This document shows positions 24,880-38,048 of a stretch of DNA of 64,000 nucleotides, piece by piece. The notes beneath the pieces are model-generated. The model did not search any database, was not told the origin of the DNA, and worked only from the letters and a program-made list of their open reading frames with translations. The stretch is from contig NC_086097.1 in assembly GCF_963921235.1 (NCBI RefSeq), positions 228,596,001 to 228,660,000 on the forward strand, in the 5' to 3' direction. Made by a program: the position numbers and the translations under genes. This stretch comes from Mobula hypostoma (lineage: Eukaryota). Position 1 is the first letter of the stretch. The number at the start of each line of letters is the position of its first letter.

Positions 24880-26640
24880 ACAGAAGAGATTCTGCATATG
24901 CTGGAAATGAAAGCAACACACCAAAATACTGAAGGATCTTAACAGTTCGTGGCAGCATCTATGAAAATGAGTGACCAGTCGAGGTTTCAGGCAGAGACCC
25001 CTCTTCAGAACTGGAAAGGAAGGGGGTAAGCAACAGGATAAAACAGAGGGGGAAGGGGTAGGAGGATAGCCAGAAGGTGATAGGTGAAGTCAGGTGAGTA
25101 GGAAAGATAAAGAGCTAGAGAAGAATGAATCTAATAGGAGAAAAGAGTGGACCTTAGGAGAAAAGGAAGGAGGAGGGGCACCACAGGATGTCGATGGGCA
25201 GGTGAGGAGAAGAGGTAGAAGCCAGTGTGGGAAATAGAAGAAAAGGGAAGGTGGAAGATTGAGCCTGCTAGTATGGACTTTCAGGCTTTTATATCCATTT
25301 TCTGATGGGAAGCGGGGAGAAGAGGGAACCTCCAGAGTGGGAAGGAATCTGATAGGAGAGGAGAGTGGATCATAGGAGAAAAGGAAAGAAGGGGTGATAG
25401 GCAGGTGACAAGAAGTAAAAGGCCAGAGAGAGGAATAGAAGAGGGGGGCGGGAATGGAAATTCTTTTACCAGAAAGAGAAATCGATATTCGTACCATCAG
25501 TTTGGAGGCTACCAAGATGGAATATAAGACGTTGCTCTTGCACCAAGAGGGTGGCCTCAAAATGGCAGAAGAGGAGATCATGGACCAACATGTCAAAATG
25601 GGGATGGGAATCAGAATTAAAATGTTTGGGCATCAGAAAGTTCTGCTTTTGGTGGATGGAGCAGAGGAGCAGAGGAGCTTGACAAAGCGGTTCCCCAATT
25701 TATGATGGGTCTCACCAATTTGAAGAAGGTTTCATTGGGGACACTGGACACCACAGACGACCGCAGCAGATTCACAGGTGAAGTGTTGCCTCATCTGAAA
25801 GGACTGTTGTGGGCCCTGAACGGAAGTAAGAAGAGGAGTTGAATGGGAAAGTGTAGCACTTTGGCCGCTTGCAGGGATAAGTTCCGAGTTGGAGATTAGT
25901 GAGGAGGAATGAATGGACAAGGGAATCTTGGAGGGAACAATCCCTGCAGAAAGCTGAGGAGGGAAGGGGGGAAGTAAACAAGAGAAAATATGCAGATGCT
26001 GGAAATCCAAGCAACAAACGCAAAATGCTGGAGGAACTCAGCAGGCCAGGCAGCATCTATCGAGAAAAGTGTAGTCGATGTTTCAGCCCAAAACATCGAC
26101 TGGACTCTTTTCCATATATGCTGCCCGGCCTGCTGAGTTCCTCCAACATTTTGTGTGTGTTGGTAAGGGGGTGAGGGTAGAGGGTAGGTAAATATGTGTT
26201 TGATGGTAGCATCCCTTTAGAGATAGTGGAAGGTGTGGAAAATGATGTATTGAAAACAGAAGCTTATGGGGTGGTAGGTAAGGACAAGAGGAACTCTATC
26301 ACTGTTAAGGCAGCAGAAAGAGCACCAATGTTCGGGAAATGGAGGTGATGCAGGTGATCAATGGTGGAGGAAGGGGAACTCCATTCTTTGAAGAAGGAGG
26401 ACATCTCTGATGCCTTTAAAGAAAAGCCTCGTCCTGGGAACAGATACAGTGGAGACAGAAGGACTGAGAAATGGGAATGGCATTTCTACAGGAGACAGGG
26501 TGGGAAGAGGTATAGTCAAGATAGCCATGGGAATTGGTAGCTTGTAAAGGATGTCGGTCGACAATTTGTCTCCAGAGACTGAGGAGAGGGGAGGGAGGTA
26601 TCAGAAATGGATCGAGTGAATTTAAGGGAAGGGTGGTAGT
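24880..26640 (-). mobile_element. Older, decayed Neptune-type PLE (RT thumb, GIY-YIG, 3' region)
   Basis: QGPQQSFQMRQHFTCES..V..VQC and similarity throughout to 17821-19200. Hammerhead remnant at ~24976-25012. Confidence 0.85.
25976..26163. mobile_element. Fold-back PLE-tail element nested in the older PLE
   Basis: Arms CAAAATGCTGGAGGAACTCAGCAGGCCAGGCAGCAT / ATGCTGCCCGGCCTGCTGAGTTCCTCCAACATTTTG, centred on AGTCGATGTTT cagccca AAACATCGACT. Confidence 0.85.
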
Positions 26641-26792
26641 TTAATTATTTAGAACTCTTGGGATCCAAGGCAAGTTATAAAATCATAGTCAGACAGACAC
26701 AGAAACAGGTCCTTCAGCTGAGATATTCTGCACTATCAAGCATGCATCTGCACTAAACCTACACTAATCCCCTTTTATTTTCCACACATTCC

Positions 26793-28020
26793 TGTGGCAT
26801 TAACATCAACCATTATGAAATGCTTTGAGTGGCTGGTCATGGAGCACATTAAAACCTTTCTCCTGGTTACATTGGGCCCTTTCCAGTTCACTTATCTCTT
26901 GAATCAATCCACTGTCGGTGCCATAGCCTTCAACCTTCACTCTGTCCTGTCCCACCTGGAAAATGGGGTCTCATACGCCAGGCTAGTGTTTATATGCTGT
27001 TCGGCGTTTAGCACTGTCAGACCCCAGAAACAGGTGGGGAAATTGTCCTTGCTGGGTCTCAATGTCTCCTTCTGTAACAGGATCCTGGTTCTTAACAGAA
27101 AGGCCACAGTTCCTCCACGTGGGCAACGACATCTCTAATCCAATTACTTTGAGCACTGGCGCCCCCCCCCCCAGGGCTTGTGCACAGCCCACCACTGTTC
27201 ACACTGCTGATGCGTGACTGCGTCGCAGGATCCAGCTCAAACCGTGTCATCAGGTTTGCAGGTGACACAGAGATAGTTGGCATCAGAGTACAGAGAGGAA
27301 GTGGAGTGGCTGGTGGACCGATGTGAGAACAAAAACCTAAGTCTGAACACGGAGAGGACCAAGAAAATGAGGAAATGTTGGTTAGCTTTAGGAAGGTGCA
27401 GATGAACCATTCCCCTGTGCACAAGCATGGACCCTCCATAGAGAGAGATAAGTACACCAAGTTCCTGGGAGTTCACACCATGGATGACCTCACCTGGTCC
27501 CTCAATATCACCTCCCTGAACCCACTTCCTGAGGAGATTGAGGCAAGAGAGGCTCCCTCCACCATCTTAACTGAATTTTGCAGGAGCAGCACTGAGAGTG
27601 TCCTGACAAGCTGCATCTCCATCTGATATGGGAGCAGTCGAGCATCAGACCATTAGTCCCTACAAAGGACTGTGAGGGGATCACAAGGGTTTCCCTACCA
27701 TCTATCGACGACATTTATCAGGAGTACTGATCCATGCATCCAGCATCGTTTTTGACTTTCTACCATCAGGCAGGAGACTCTGATGCATAAAGACAAGATG
27801 GTCAGGATGGAAAATAGCTTCTTCCCTCAGGCCATTAGGCTTCTGAACTCCCTGCTACATCGCTTTCAAAGCGTCACCGGATAATTTGCACTGTACACTA
27901 TGATATTTACTTTGTTTATCTATGTGTAATCCATCTATAGATTTAATTCTTACTTTCTTAAGTTATTGTGTGTTACATGTACTACTGTGCATTGCACCCT
28001 AGTTCGGAGAACTGTTGGCC
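26793..28020 (+). mobile_element. Rex1/Babar LINE RT to 3' end, decayed
   Basis: VALTSTIMKCFEWLV, PFQFTY, SAFST, FAGD (for FADD) and KFLGVH..DDLTW. Confidence 0.88.
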
Positions 28021-28287
28021 TGTCTGACAGTATACATGTGTTAGAGAAATTAATTTGCTAAGGAAATTTGATTAAAGTTGATCGCAAGTAAATTAGACAC
28101 GGACTTCAAAGTAAAGAGAGCTTTGTTCACAATATGGTGGGGAGTGGAACCTATAACAGCGAGTTTTGAACTCCAAATAATGCAGGGAGCACACTTCATT
28201 TTATGCATGTACAAATCAAATGCAAAAGCAAAGGCTGTTCATTTAAAATTGTGAATTAGAAAAAATAAGCTAGGTTCACATACAGTT

Positions 28288-28582
28288 CTTTTTTTTTATT
28301 CATTTACGGGATGTGGGCATCACCAGCTAAGCCAGCATTTATTGCCCATCCCTAGTTGCCCTTGAGAAGGTGGTGATGAGTTGCCTTCTTGAACCGCGGC
28401 AGTCCCGGAGGTGTAGGTACACCCACAGTGCTGTCAGGGAGGGAATTCCATGATTTTGATCCAGCAACAATGAAGGAACGGTGATATGTTTTGAAGTAAG
28501 GATGGTGAGTGACTTCGAGGGGGATTTCCAAGTGGTGATGTTCCCAGGTATCTGCTGTTCTCATCTTTCTCGATGGTAACTG
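28288..28582 (-). mobile_element. CR1/L2-group LINE 3' end with AATAAA and A-rich tail
   Basis: SFIVAGSKSWNSLPDSTV...PRFKKATHHHLLKGN* followed by a short UTR. Confidence 0.75.
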
Positions 28583-31254
28583 TTGTTTAATGAGTCGTTA
28601 GTTGTTTATAGCTCCCTGTGTGTTTTCTTGAGTAATCTGCTCTTTGTAATGCGGCCTCCTGCTACATTCTGTTTGAACCTATTAAGTTTATTTTGATAGA
28701 CTTGGGGATTCTGCGTTTCTTGAGTCATTTAAGCGGATGCCTGATTATAGCTAATCATGGGGTCCTACTTTTGAGAATGATTCATCTCGTGGTGTTGCTC
28801 AGTCAAGCCACCAATGTTCTGTTGGAACTTCTATGAAAAATTTTGGTGACCATCTCTACATCGGAGTCTGTCTTTCCTCCGCACTTGGGTTCCAACATTG
28901 CCTAAGTTCAAAGTTCAAAGTGCACTTAGTATCAAAGTATGTATACATTATACAACCTTGAGATTCATCTCTTAACAGGCAGCCACAAGTCAAAGAGACC
29001 CCAGAAAAAAAAACATAAATATAAAATGAAGGCTGTCTAACACCCAATGTGCGGAGAATAAAAACCACATCATGCTCATAAAAAAGAACCAATAAAAAGT
29101 AAAAGAATAAAATAGCCCATAAAAAAGAACTGTTGAACACCCAACGTACGATGAAAAGAAATCATGCAAACAGTAATCGCAAGCAAATAGTGTTTCTGAA
29201 CTGAAAGCCACAAGAGGGACAGCCCCATAGTTCAGCACCAAGCCAAGTTAACGTCATAGAGTAGTGATCAGTTCTGGCTCGTATCTCACCTCAGACCCCA
29301 CCGTCCTGACTTTTTCAATCTGGCGTGGTGCTTAAATTTGCATCCAAACATCGGGTTCTACCACTTCAATCAGTGATCTGAATTGGCCTGAACCTCACCT
29401 TGGGCCTCAGCCCCCGAGCTTTTCAATCTGGCCCAGCACTAAATCTCCATCTAAACAATGGCTCTGCCCCTTGGATACATTGGACTTGCTGCCACGATTC
29501 GGCCTGTAAACCTCCATCCAAACGTAGTGTTCAGTCGTGTCATTACACTCTGGGATCCGGGCCCCACGGCTTCGATTCAGCCTGTGCCCAACTTCTCAAG
29601 CTTTCGGCAATGGGCCAGCACACATTGCGACAGATACACACCTAGGGTAATTTACAATGATCAAGTAATCTACCAATCTGCATGTCTTCATAATGTGGTC
29701 TATGGGATAGTAGAACAAGAGCAGAAACTAGCACAATCTACATCACTTTGCAAGTGCTGCTTTAACTTTGAAACACAGAGTTGATGCTTTTTTCTACTGG
29801 TAAGACTCCTGAAGTTTGCTGCTTGAACAGCCTAATATCATGTTGGAAGCTTCCTCATCACAAGAACAGCAGCAGTTGAAGAACACAGCTTGCCACTAAT
29901 CAGGGCAACGGTAGATGGGCAAAAATTGATGCCCTTGTCACTATCATCCACAAACCATAAATTAACAAGAAAAAACACCATATATTGGATGATCTTATTT
30001 TCCTTCTGATGGTTCTTCCTCAAGATCTTACAAGTTCTGCTGCTTTTTGACTTGAAATATTAACTCATTTAATTCAAAAATTCTTGTTCACCTGCAGAAT
30101 ATTTCGAGCATTTCCTGTTTTGAGAGCGCTCTTCCCAAGATGGGGATAAATTTTAAGGCACATGCAATAGGTTTGTGTTGTAAAATTTAACCCCATGGCT
30201 GAATGAGCCCTCTAATACTAACAGAATTTCTTCTGCAGTTTACTTCACATTGTTGTACATTAAGCTTGATTGCAATCAGCACTCGGCCACTTTAAATTAT
30301 CATCCCTTCGGATCCCGAGAGAGATTTGATAATTTAATATGGTTCAGCACTGATTACAATCCAGAACCTTGTCTCAACCTTAACAAGGACTGCCTCCAAA
30401 TTCTGTTTCCAGGATCCTTCTTGTACAATAATTTATTGCAAAAATGAACAGCAGTGAATTCTCCTTAATAACTGTCATATAAAAGAGGAATAAAATTAAA
30501 AAGCTTTGAATGTAACTCAAAGCCATGATGACTTCACATCCACAGACAGCAATGATGTCACTCTGGGAATTAGGAATGATTACCATATGGAATCCATTGG
30601 CATATTAACTTAATTCTCAATTATGATACAAAATTTGTTGACCTACAGTTTCAAAACTGCAGAAGAAATCCATGGTTCATCCTCTCCCGTTTCCCCAAGC
30701 CACTCTCTGTCCAGCCTCAGCATTCACCTGATTAGAAATTGCACACTCATTTGTCTGATATTAATGAGATGTCCTTGACCCTTACTCATATAACACCTCA
30801 TCAATATGCTGGGAGCGGAATTTCAGTTTAAATAGACTGGAGTCTTGTCTGGGCTGTATTTGGTAAAGGCAGAAAATTCCCCTCTGTTGAAGGTCGTCCA
30901 AGTACATTTCATGATCATTTTTGTTGGAGCCGGTCCAAGTTGACGGAAGTTATTGAACTGAATGTGGCAAATTTACAATAGAGGAACGAATACTGACAAC
31001 CTTTGAATTGCTCGGTGAAGGTTACAGCCAATTCGCTATCAGAATGAACGTCAATTTTGTATTGAAACCATTCTCAAACATGATTTGTGCAGCCAACTGT
31101 AACCTTACTGCTCAATCTAATTCCTTAAGGTGCAGCTTCCGATGAACAACCAGAGCATACAGGGTGCATTTTTGGCTAATTAAAACTACAAAACCAATGG
31201 CAGTTATTTTCTTGGAGATTACAAACTGTAAATCACTGCAGTGTAGTATTAGTG

Positions 31255-34200
31255 CGATCACTTAAATCGAGTAAGACGGTCTTCTAAGGATTTGCCTATT
31301 GGTGGATCCTCAGGTGTCTGCAGAGGCCGATCTGGGATCCACGTATTCTGATGCAGTGCGGACACGAGTAAGCGATGGCTGTGGTTCGTGATTGGGTCTT
31401 TGTTTATCTGTTCTCCCCTTTCACAGCTGCCATGTGCTCTCCGCAGGACAGCAGAGGTCAGTCTCACTGTAGCGCAGCTCCCTCTTGAACAGATGCATCA
31501 ATTGAGTGCGAAGTCTTCCCAGTTTTCAGACGTAATGCTAAATCTCTTCAGTCTAATTTTGACGGTTCTTTGAAGCATCTCCTTTGCCCACCAGGGGCTC
31601 GTTGACCTTCCTTCAACTGGGAGTAAAAGATCTGTTCAGGGAGACCTGAGTTAAGCATCCAAATGACATTGGAGTTGGTGTTGCTTTATCATGGAGTAGA
31701 TACTGTTCTGGCTGGCCTCCTTCAGTATGCTGGTGGTAGTGCGTCTGTCCTTCAGGCTGATTGTCAAAATCTCTCGTAAGGTTCTTTGGTGGTATTGTTC
31801 CAGGCTTTCAAATGACTACAGTAGGTGGTCCATGATTCAGTTCCATGCAGTAATGTAGGGAAGAAGACTGTTTTATAGTCCAAAAGTTTTGTCTGGACCT
31901 TTAGGTTGCAGTCTTTAAAGACTCTGTTCCTGAATCTTGCATAGGCTGCACTAGCACAACTCAGGTGATGATTGATCTCTGAGTCAATGTCTGCTTTCGA
32001 GGAGAGAAAGCTGTCGAGATAGGAAAAGTGGTCTGCATTTTCAAGGGCGGTATCGTCATCTTTTATGGAGGGCTAGATAAATAGCTGTTTGGGGGGCAGC
32101 TGATATTGGAACTGTCTTATTTATATTCAAAACAAGACCCAGGGCAATATATGCCTTGGAAAAGGCATCCAGGATACAATGGAGTCTTCTTCACAGTGTG
32201 CTGTGATGGCATTGTCATCCGCATACCAAAGTCTCATGATAGTGGTGGTGCTGACCTTGTTCTTGGCCATAAACCAATTGAGACTGAAAATCCTGTTATC
32301 CATTCTATACATGATTAGGATTTCCTGTGGCAAGTTTTTTGAGGAGATTACAAGTAGGATAGATAAAGGGGATGCAGTAGATGTCATATATTTAAACTTT
32401 CAGAAGGCCTTTGATAAGGTGCCAAATACGAGGCTGCTGGTATTACGCATAAGAGCCCATGGTATTACAGGAAAGTAACTAAGATGATTAGAGCATTGGC
32501 TGATTAGAAGGCGGCAGTGAATGGGAGTAAAAGGATCCTTGTCTGGTTGGCTGCCAGTGACTAGTGGTGTTCCACAGGGGTCGGTGTTGGGAGCACTTTT
32601 TTTTATGCTGTATATAGCTGATATAGATGATGAAATAGATGGCTTTGTTGCCAAGTTTGCAGATGATACGAAGACTGGTAGCACTGAGGAAACAGATAGG
32701 ATGCAGAAGGACTTAGACAGATTAGGAGAATGGGCAAGAAGCTGGCTAATGAAATATAATATTTGAAAATGTATGGTCATGCACTTTGGTAGTAGAAATA
32801 AATGTGAGGACTATTTTCTAAACGAAGACAAAATCCAAAAATCTGAGATGCAAAGGGACTTGGGAGTCCTTGTGCAGAACAGCCTGAAGGTTAACTTGCA
32901 GGTTAAGTAAGTGGTGAGGAAGGCAAATGCAATGTTAGCATTCATTTCAAGAGGGGTGTGATGCTGAGGCTTTATAAGGTACTGGTGAGGCCTCACCTTG
33001 AGTATTGTGTACAGTTTTGGGTTCCTCACCTTAGAAGAGATGTGCTGGCATTGGAGAGGGTTCAGAGGAGGTTCAGAAGGATGATTCCAGGAATGAGAAA
33101 TGTTTGATGGCTCTGGGTCTGTACTTGTTGGAATTTAGAAGGATGAGGTGGGGACGATGGATCTCATTGAAACCTTTCGAATGTTGAAAGAACTAGACAA
33201 AGTAGATGTGGAAAGGATGTTTCCCATGGTGGGAGAGTCTAGGACAAGAGGGCACAGCCTCAGGATAGAGGGGAATCCATTCAAAACAGAGATGTGGAGA
33301 AATTTCTTTAGCCAGAGGGTGGAGTACTTGTGGAACTTGATGCCCCATGCAGCTGTGGAGGCCAGGTCATTGGGTGTATTTAAGGCAGAGATTGATAGGT
33401 TCTTGATTGGACAGGGCATGAAAGGTTACAGGCAGAAGGCCGGGAAATGGGGTTGAGGAGGAGAAAAAAAGGATCAGCCATGATTAAATGGTGGAGCAGA
33501 CTCGATGGGCCAAATGGCCTAATTCCGTTCCAATGTCTTATGGTCTTATGGACTTGGCAGTAACAATGACACCAATAAAGCTGGCAAATAGGGTGGGCAC
33601 AATAATACAGTTCTGTTTGACTCCTGTGTTGACAGTGAAGGGTTCTGATCTAGTGCCACTATTACTGAGTATTATGGCTGACATGTCTTCATACAATAGC
33701 CTCAGTACTTGTAAGTACTTGTCAGGAGAGCCATGCTTTGATAGTATACGCCAGATAGCTTGGCTGCCTACTTATCAAATGCCTTTGTCAAATCTATGAA
33801 AGCCAAGTACAAGGGTTGCCTCTGTTTACAGCATTTTCCTGTAATGGAGTGTTGTGTAAATTGTGTCTATGGTACCTCTAGATGGGCAGAAATCACACTG
33901 TGATTCAGTGAGTACTTCTTCAGATAGCAGGATTCAGTAGACAAGAATATGTGCAAGCACTTTGCCTGTTGTTGATAGGAGAGACTTACTTAATGCTCAA
34001 TATGCCTTGTGGCATTTAGGGCAGCAATGAAGGTCTCCCTTCTCTGTCTGTCCTTGGCCGAAACAAATTTTGGTTTTGGCAGTGTCCAGGGCTTCCTACA
34101 TCGTGCCAGTAGCTCCCTCTCGGTTTTCACTACTATCAGCTATGCAGGTCCCGGGTGGAGACTCAGGAATACCGTCACACACAGATGTAGAAGGATCCTT

Positions 34201-34700
34201 CATTGCTGTTTCTGTAACAGTCTTGTTTGGTCAGTTAGGGTTGTTAGATGTCAGCTGAATCCCCAAACCTGGAAGATCAGTGGACCTCTCATAGTCTGGC
34301 CTCTACTCTTTGACCTGCTTGGTATGGGTGACTCTACCAAAGCAGAGAGCTCTGACTCCAGCTAATGTAGCTCTCCAGGTCACTGAGGCACTCAAACCTC
34401 CAAACTACAACAAAGTCGTAGTCCTCCTGGAGGTGATAAGATGCCTCTGTAACTGCCACAATCTGCATCATCTCCCTTCTTGAAAATGGTCACAAATAGA
34501 GCACCCCTGAGCTTTACGGATAGCTGATCCTTGCCCAGATCTTTGGGAGGAGGGTGTGTCCACCTTTCTTGAGGATTTTTACTGGGATCCCATGAGGGCC
34601 AGTGGATTTGTTGCTTCTCAGGCTCCTGATGTCATCAGTGACCTCTTTCATCCTGGGAGTCTCCCTCTTGTCTTCTCTCACAGGTCTCGGGAGGATTTGG
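31255..34700 (-). mobile_element. Decayed RTE-clade LINE, interrupted by a CR1 (32315-33550) and a short non-autonomous repeat (~33990-34430)
   Basis: Minus strand: NKSTGPHGIP (~34590), YADDNA (~32220), HFSYLDSFLSSKADIDSEINH..ASAAYARFRNRVF and LLHGTESW. Confidence 0.8.
32315..33550 (+). mobile_element. CR1 RT to 3' end, decayed
   Basis: [26 protein letters not shown] and a TCTTATGG tail. Confidence 0.92.
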
Positions 34701-34780
34701 TTAGTTACCTGCAGTTCAGCAGAGCTGTCACAGTTAAGGAGTCACTGCTGAACTGCAGGTAACTAACCAAATCCTCCCGA
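34687..34780. repeat. Perfect 36-bp inverted repeat with 22-nt loop
   Basis: 34687-34722 TCGGGAGGATTTGGTTAGTTACCTGCAGTTCAGCAG is the exact reverse complement of 34745-34780. Confidence 0.97.
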
Positions 34781-35009
34781 CACCCAGTTCACTGCTGTTG
34801 GTTTCTATTATATGAGCTATTCTTCCATGATGACAAAAGAGCCCACAGATGAAGGATTCTGAAACAAAAACAAACAGAACACTGGAAGAACTCAGCAGGC
34901 CAATCAGCAACTGCGAAAGCACAAGGTTTCCAGGTTGATGTCCCAGGTTGAAACCCTGAAACAGGACAGATCCTAACTGATCCCCTGAGCTCTTCCAACA
35001 TTCTGTTCA

Positions 35010-35570
35010 AAGTTCAATGTTATGAGTAAATTTTATTATCTAAGTACATATATGTCACAATATACAACCCTGAAATTCATTTTCTTGTGGACACACTCAA
35101 TAAATCTATAGGATAATAACCATAACAGAATCAATGAAAGACTGCTTAACTATGCCATTCAACTAGAGTGCAAAAGACAACAAACTGCAAACACAAAAAG
35201 AAGAAATAATAATAATAAATAAATAAGCATGTATTGAGAACGAGATGAAGGGTCCCTGAAAGTAAACCCATTTGTTGTGGGAGCATTTCAATGCTGAGGC
35301 AAATAAAGTTGAGTGAAATTATCCCCTCTGGTTCAAGAGCCTGATGGCTGAGGGGTAGTAACCATTCCTGAACCTGGTGGTATGACTCCTGAGGCTCCTG
35401 TGCCTTCTTCCTGATGGCAGCAGCAAGAAGAGAGCATGGCCTGGGTGGTGGGGCTCCCTGATGGTGGATGCTGCTTTCCTGCAACAGCGTTTCATGTAGA
35501 TGGGCTCAATGGTTGGGAAGGCTTTACCTGTGATGGACTGGGCTATTCCCACTATTTTTTGTGGGGTTTT
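35010..35570 (-). mobile_element. Rex1-type LINE 3' fragment
   Basis: AQSITG..PTIEPIYMKRCCRKAASTIREPHHPGHALFLLLPSGRR...SAIRLLN. Confidence 0.88.
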
Positions 35571-35791
35571 CTGTTGTTATTCTCCTGTGATTTTTTTTGG
35601 TGTTAACTGCAACAGAGTATGGTTTCAGTCAATACATATACCTGTACACAGGACAATTGAAATTTATTGCAGGTAAAAAATATTGGGCACATAGCTGATA
35701 AATATTTAAAGCATTTTTACATTAGCATATTATTTTAAAAGTGGATTTGTAATACTATTTCTTCTCCTTACTTCCCACAATGATCTTGTAG

Positions 35792-35942
35792 TCATTGCTT
35801 TGCAGTACTGATCGAGAGAGCTCGGCCGCCTTCCAGTCAACACTTGGGAATGTCAGTTACCATTGGCTGCATAGAATGGACTCACTCCAGCTACAGTAGG
35901 GTGACTGAGGAAACACACCTCGTGCAGACAACGATACATCAG
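35792..35942 (+). CDS. Candidate internal exon B (phase 2 to 0): (S)HCFAVLIERARPPSSQHLGMSVTIGCIEWTHSSYSRVTEETHLVQTTIHQ
   Basis: Pyrimidine tract plus tgtag acceptor, donor CAG|gtattt, 151 nt open. The phase matches exon A, and CpGs are retained in unique sequence. Confidence 0.55.
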
Positions 35943-35999
35943 GTATTTCTAGAACAAAGGTTCTAATTGATGAATTTAAAGGGCTAAGTGTGACTTAGG

Positions 36000-36365
36000 G
36001 TCGGGAGAAGCCAGGATTGCTTCTATGGGGACCAGCTGCAAGGCCTTTCAGAATTTCCATTATATTGCACTTACCTACTGTCAGTGGTGGGTGAGACCAC
36101 ATCTGGCTGTGTCTTTTGGTCTGCCTGAAACCTATTGGTCTGTCAGCACAATCAAGATGTCCGTAGAGGAATGCTGCTGACGGCCATAGTCCGGGCTGCA
36201 AGTAGGAGTAAATGCTGAGGGGCACGCTGGAGATTTGGGCAGCCACGGCTGGGTGGGGAAGGTAGGGTTCTTCCACTACTGGACGAGGCGGTGCGGGGCT
36301 GGATGAGGAGGCCACTCAATTGTTGTAGTAGTGTACCACCCCAGGGGGCCACATAGGGGAGACTG
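36000..36365 (+). mobile_element. L1-Tx1-like LINE 3' fragment, decayed
   Basis: Remnant LWSA*NLLVCQHNQ..SVEECC..HS.LQ..GAATA.WG resembles the fish Tx1 ORF2 C-terminus (recall-based). Confidence 0.6.
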
Positions 36366-37165
36366 AGGAAGTCATAGATAGGAGCTAGTCACTGCTGGGT
36401 TGCAGGAGGCAGGTAACTGTGAGACTGTCGGGAGAAGGAAGGGAAATGCACAGTCAATGCAGCGTACCGCTGTGGTCATTCCCCTCAACAATAAGTATAG
36501 CACTTTGGATACTGTTGAGGGAGACAGTCTAGCAGGGAGAAGCCACAGCGACTGGGTCCCTAGTAGTGAGTCTGGCCCTGTGGTTCAGAAGAGGTGAAGA
36601 GGACTGCAGTACCATAGTCCATAGTTTCATAGGTAGAGGAACAGAAAAGAGATTCTGTGGATGCAATAGAGACACCCAGATGTCATGTCTCCTCCCAGAT
36701 GCCAGGGTCAGGGATATCTCCGATCAGGTCCAGGGCATTCTAAAAGGGGAGGGTGAGCAGCCAGAAGTCTTGGTACATAATGGCACCAATGACATAGGTA
36801 GGACAGGTGAGGAGGTCCTGAAGAGAAATTTTGGAGGGCTATGTAGAAAGCTGAAAAACAGGATCTCCTGGGTAGTAATCTCTTCATTGCTGAGTGTGCC
36901 ACACACCAGTGAGGGTAACAATAAGAGCATTTGCCTGAGGAGCTGATGCAGGGAGCAAGGGTTCAGATTTCTGGATCATTGGGACCTCTCCTGGGAAAGG
37001 TACAACCTGCACAAAAGGGATGGGTTACACCTGAACCCGAGAAGGGGGTCCAATATCCTCGTGGGCAGGTTTGCTAGAGCTGTTGGGGAGGATTTAAACT
37101 AATTTGGCAGGGGAATGGGAAACAAAGTGATAGGGCAAAAGACGAGGCAGTTGGTGTACAAACAG
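36365..37165 (+). mobile_element. CR1 ORF1 (SGNH esterase-like) remnant; probably continues as ORF2 at 40322-42866
   Basis: VIPLNNKYSTLDTV, CLLPDARVRDISDQVQGILKGEGEQPEVLVHNGTNDIG and DGLHLN. Confidence 0.85.
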
Positions 37166-38048
37166 AGCACTCAAATTCCCTTCTCTCAGACACATAAGAA
37201 AGAAAAACACCTCCCCTCATTGGTCAGCGCACATTTTAAAACTTCCGTTATCACTAGTCATAACCCAAACACTGCAGCTACAGAGAAACCATTACATTAG
37301 CAGTGAACCCTTTCCCAGGGTGTTACACTCTCCCCCCAACAAATTTAGTCATGTCCTCATGACTTTGAGATAATTTGCCAACCCTTCCTGCAAAGCACAA
37401 AGTCCAACCCAGGTGTAAAAGGCAGTGACGTAGCTCCCCAAAGCAGTAGGGACCACACTCCGTTCCCCCGGTGCTACATAGGCCAGCATATCCGGTGGTC
37501 TCCTTATTCTGTGAGACCTCCATACCCCCTCATCTATCTATTAATGTTCCGACTCTACTGGGGATACTTCTGGTCTACCTGGTGAGGCCTCCCCTGGCCT
37601 ATCACTCATGCCCACCTGCAACTTGGACCCTTCTGTCCCTTGGCTAAGCCCTGCTTCATCCCTTGCAGGGTCCCACTGCAACTCAGGTTATCCACAGATA
37701 GCCTCCCTGATTTCACCTGACTCAGCGTGAGAAGGGTTGGAAGTCTCTTCCTCAATCAGTGGGGAATTAGCAAAAGGCAGCATATACCACACCTCCAGGT
37801 CCTCATCCTCCGAATCAGTATCTCACACAGTGGCAGAGCTGGCCTAACCTTTCCTGCTATTAGCCCTGTAGTCGCCACAGAGGCCTCTTACTGGGTGTAG
37901 ACTCCAGGTCGGGCTCTGGGTCAACCCGCACCTCTCGTCTCAGATGCAGAAGGTGGTTCCAATGGACAATCTTGACAGACCCATTCCTGTCCTTTGGTTT
38001 CACCCAGAAAACTGGTAGGTTTGGCATCTAACTCTCCACCACATAGGG

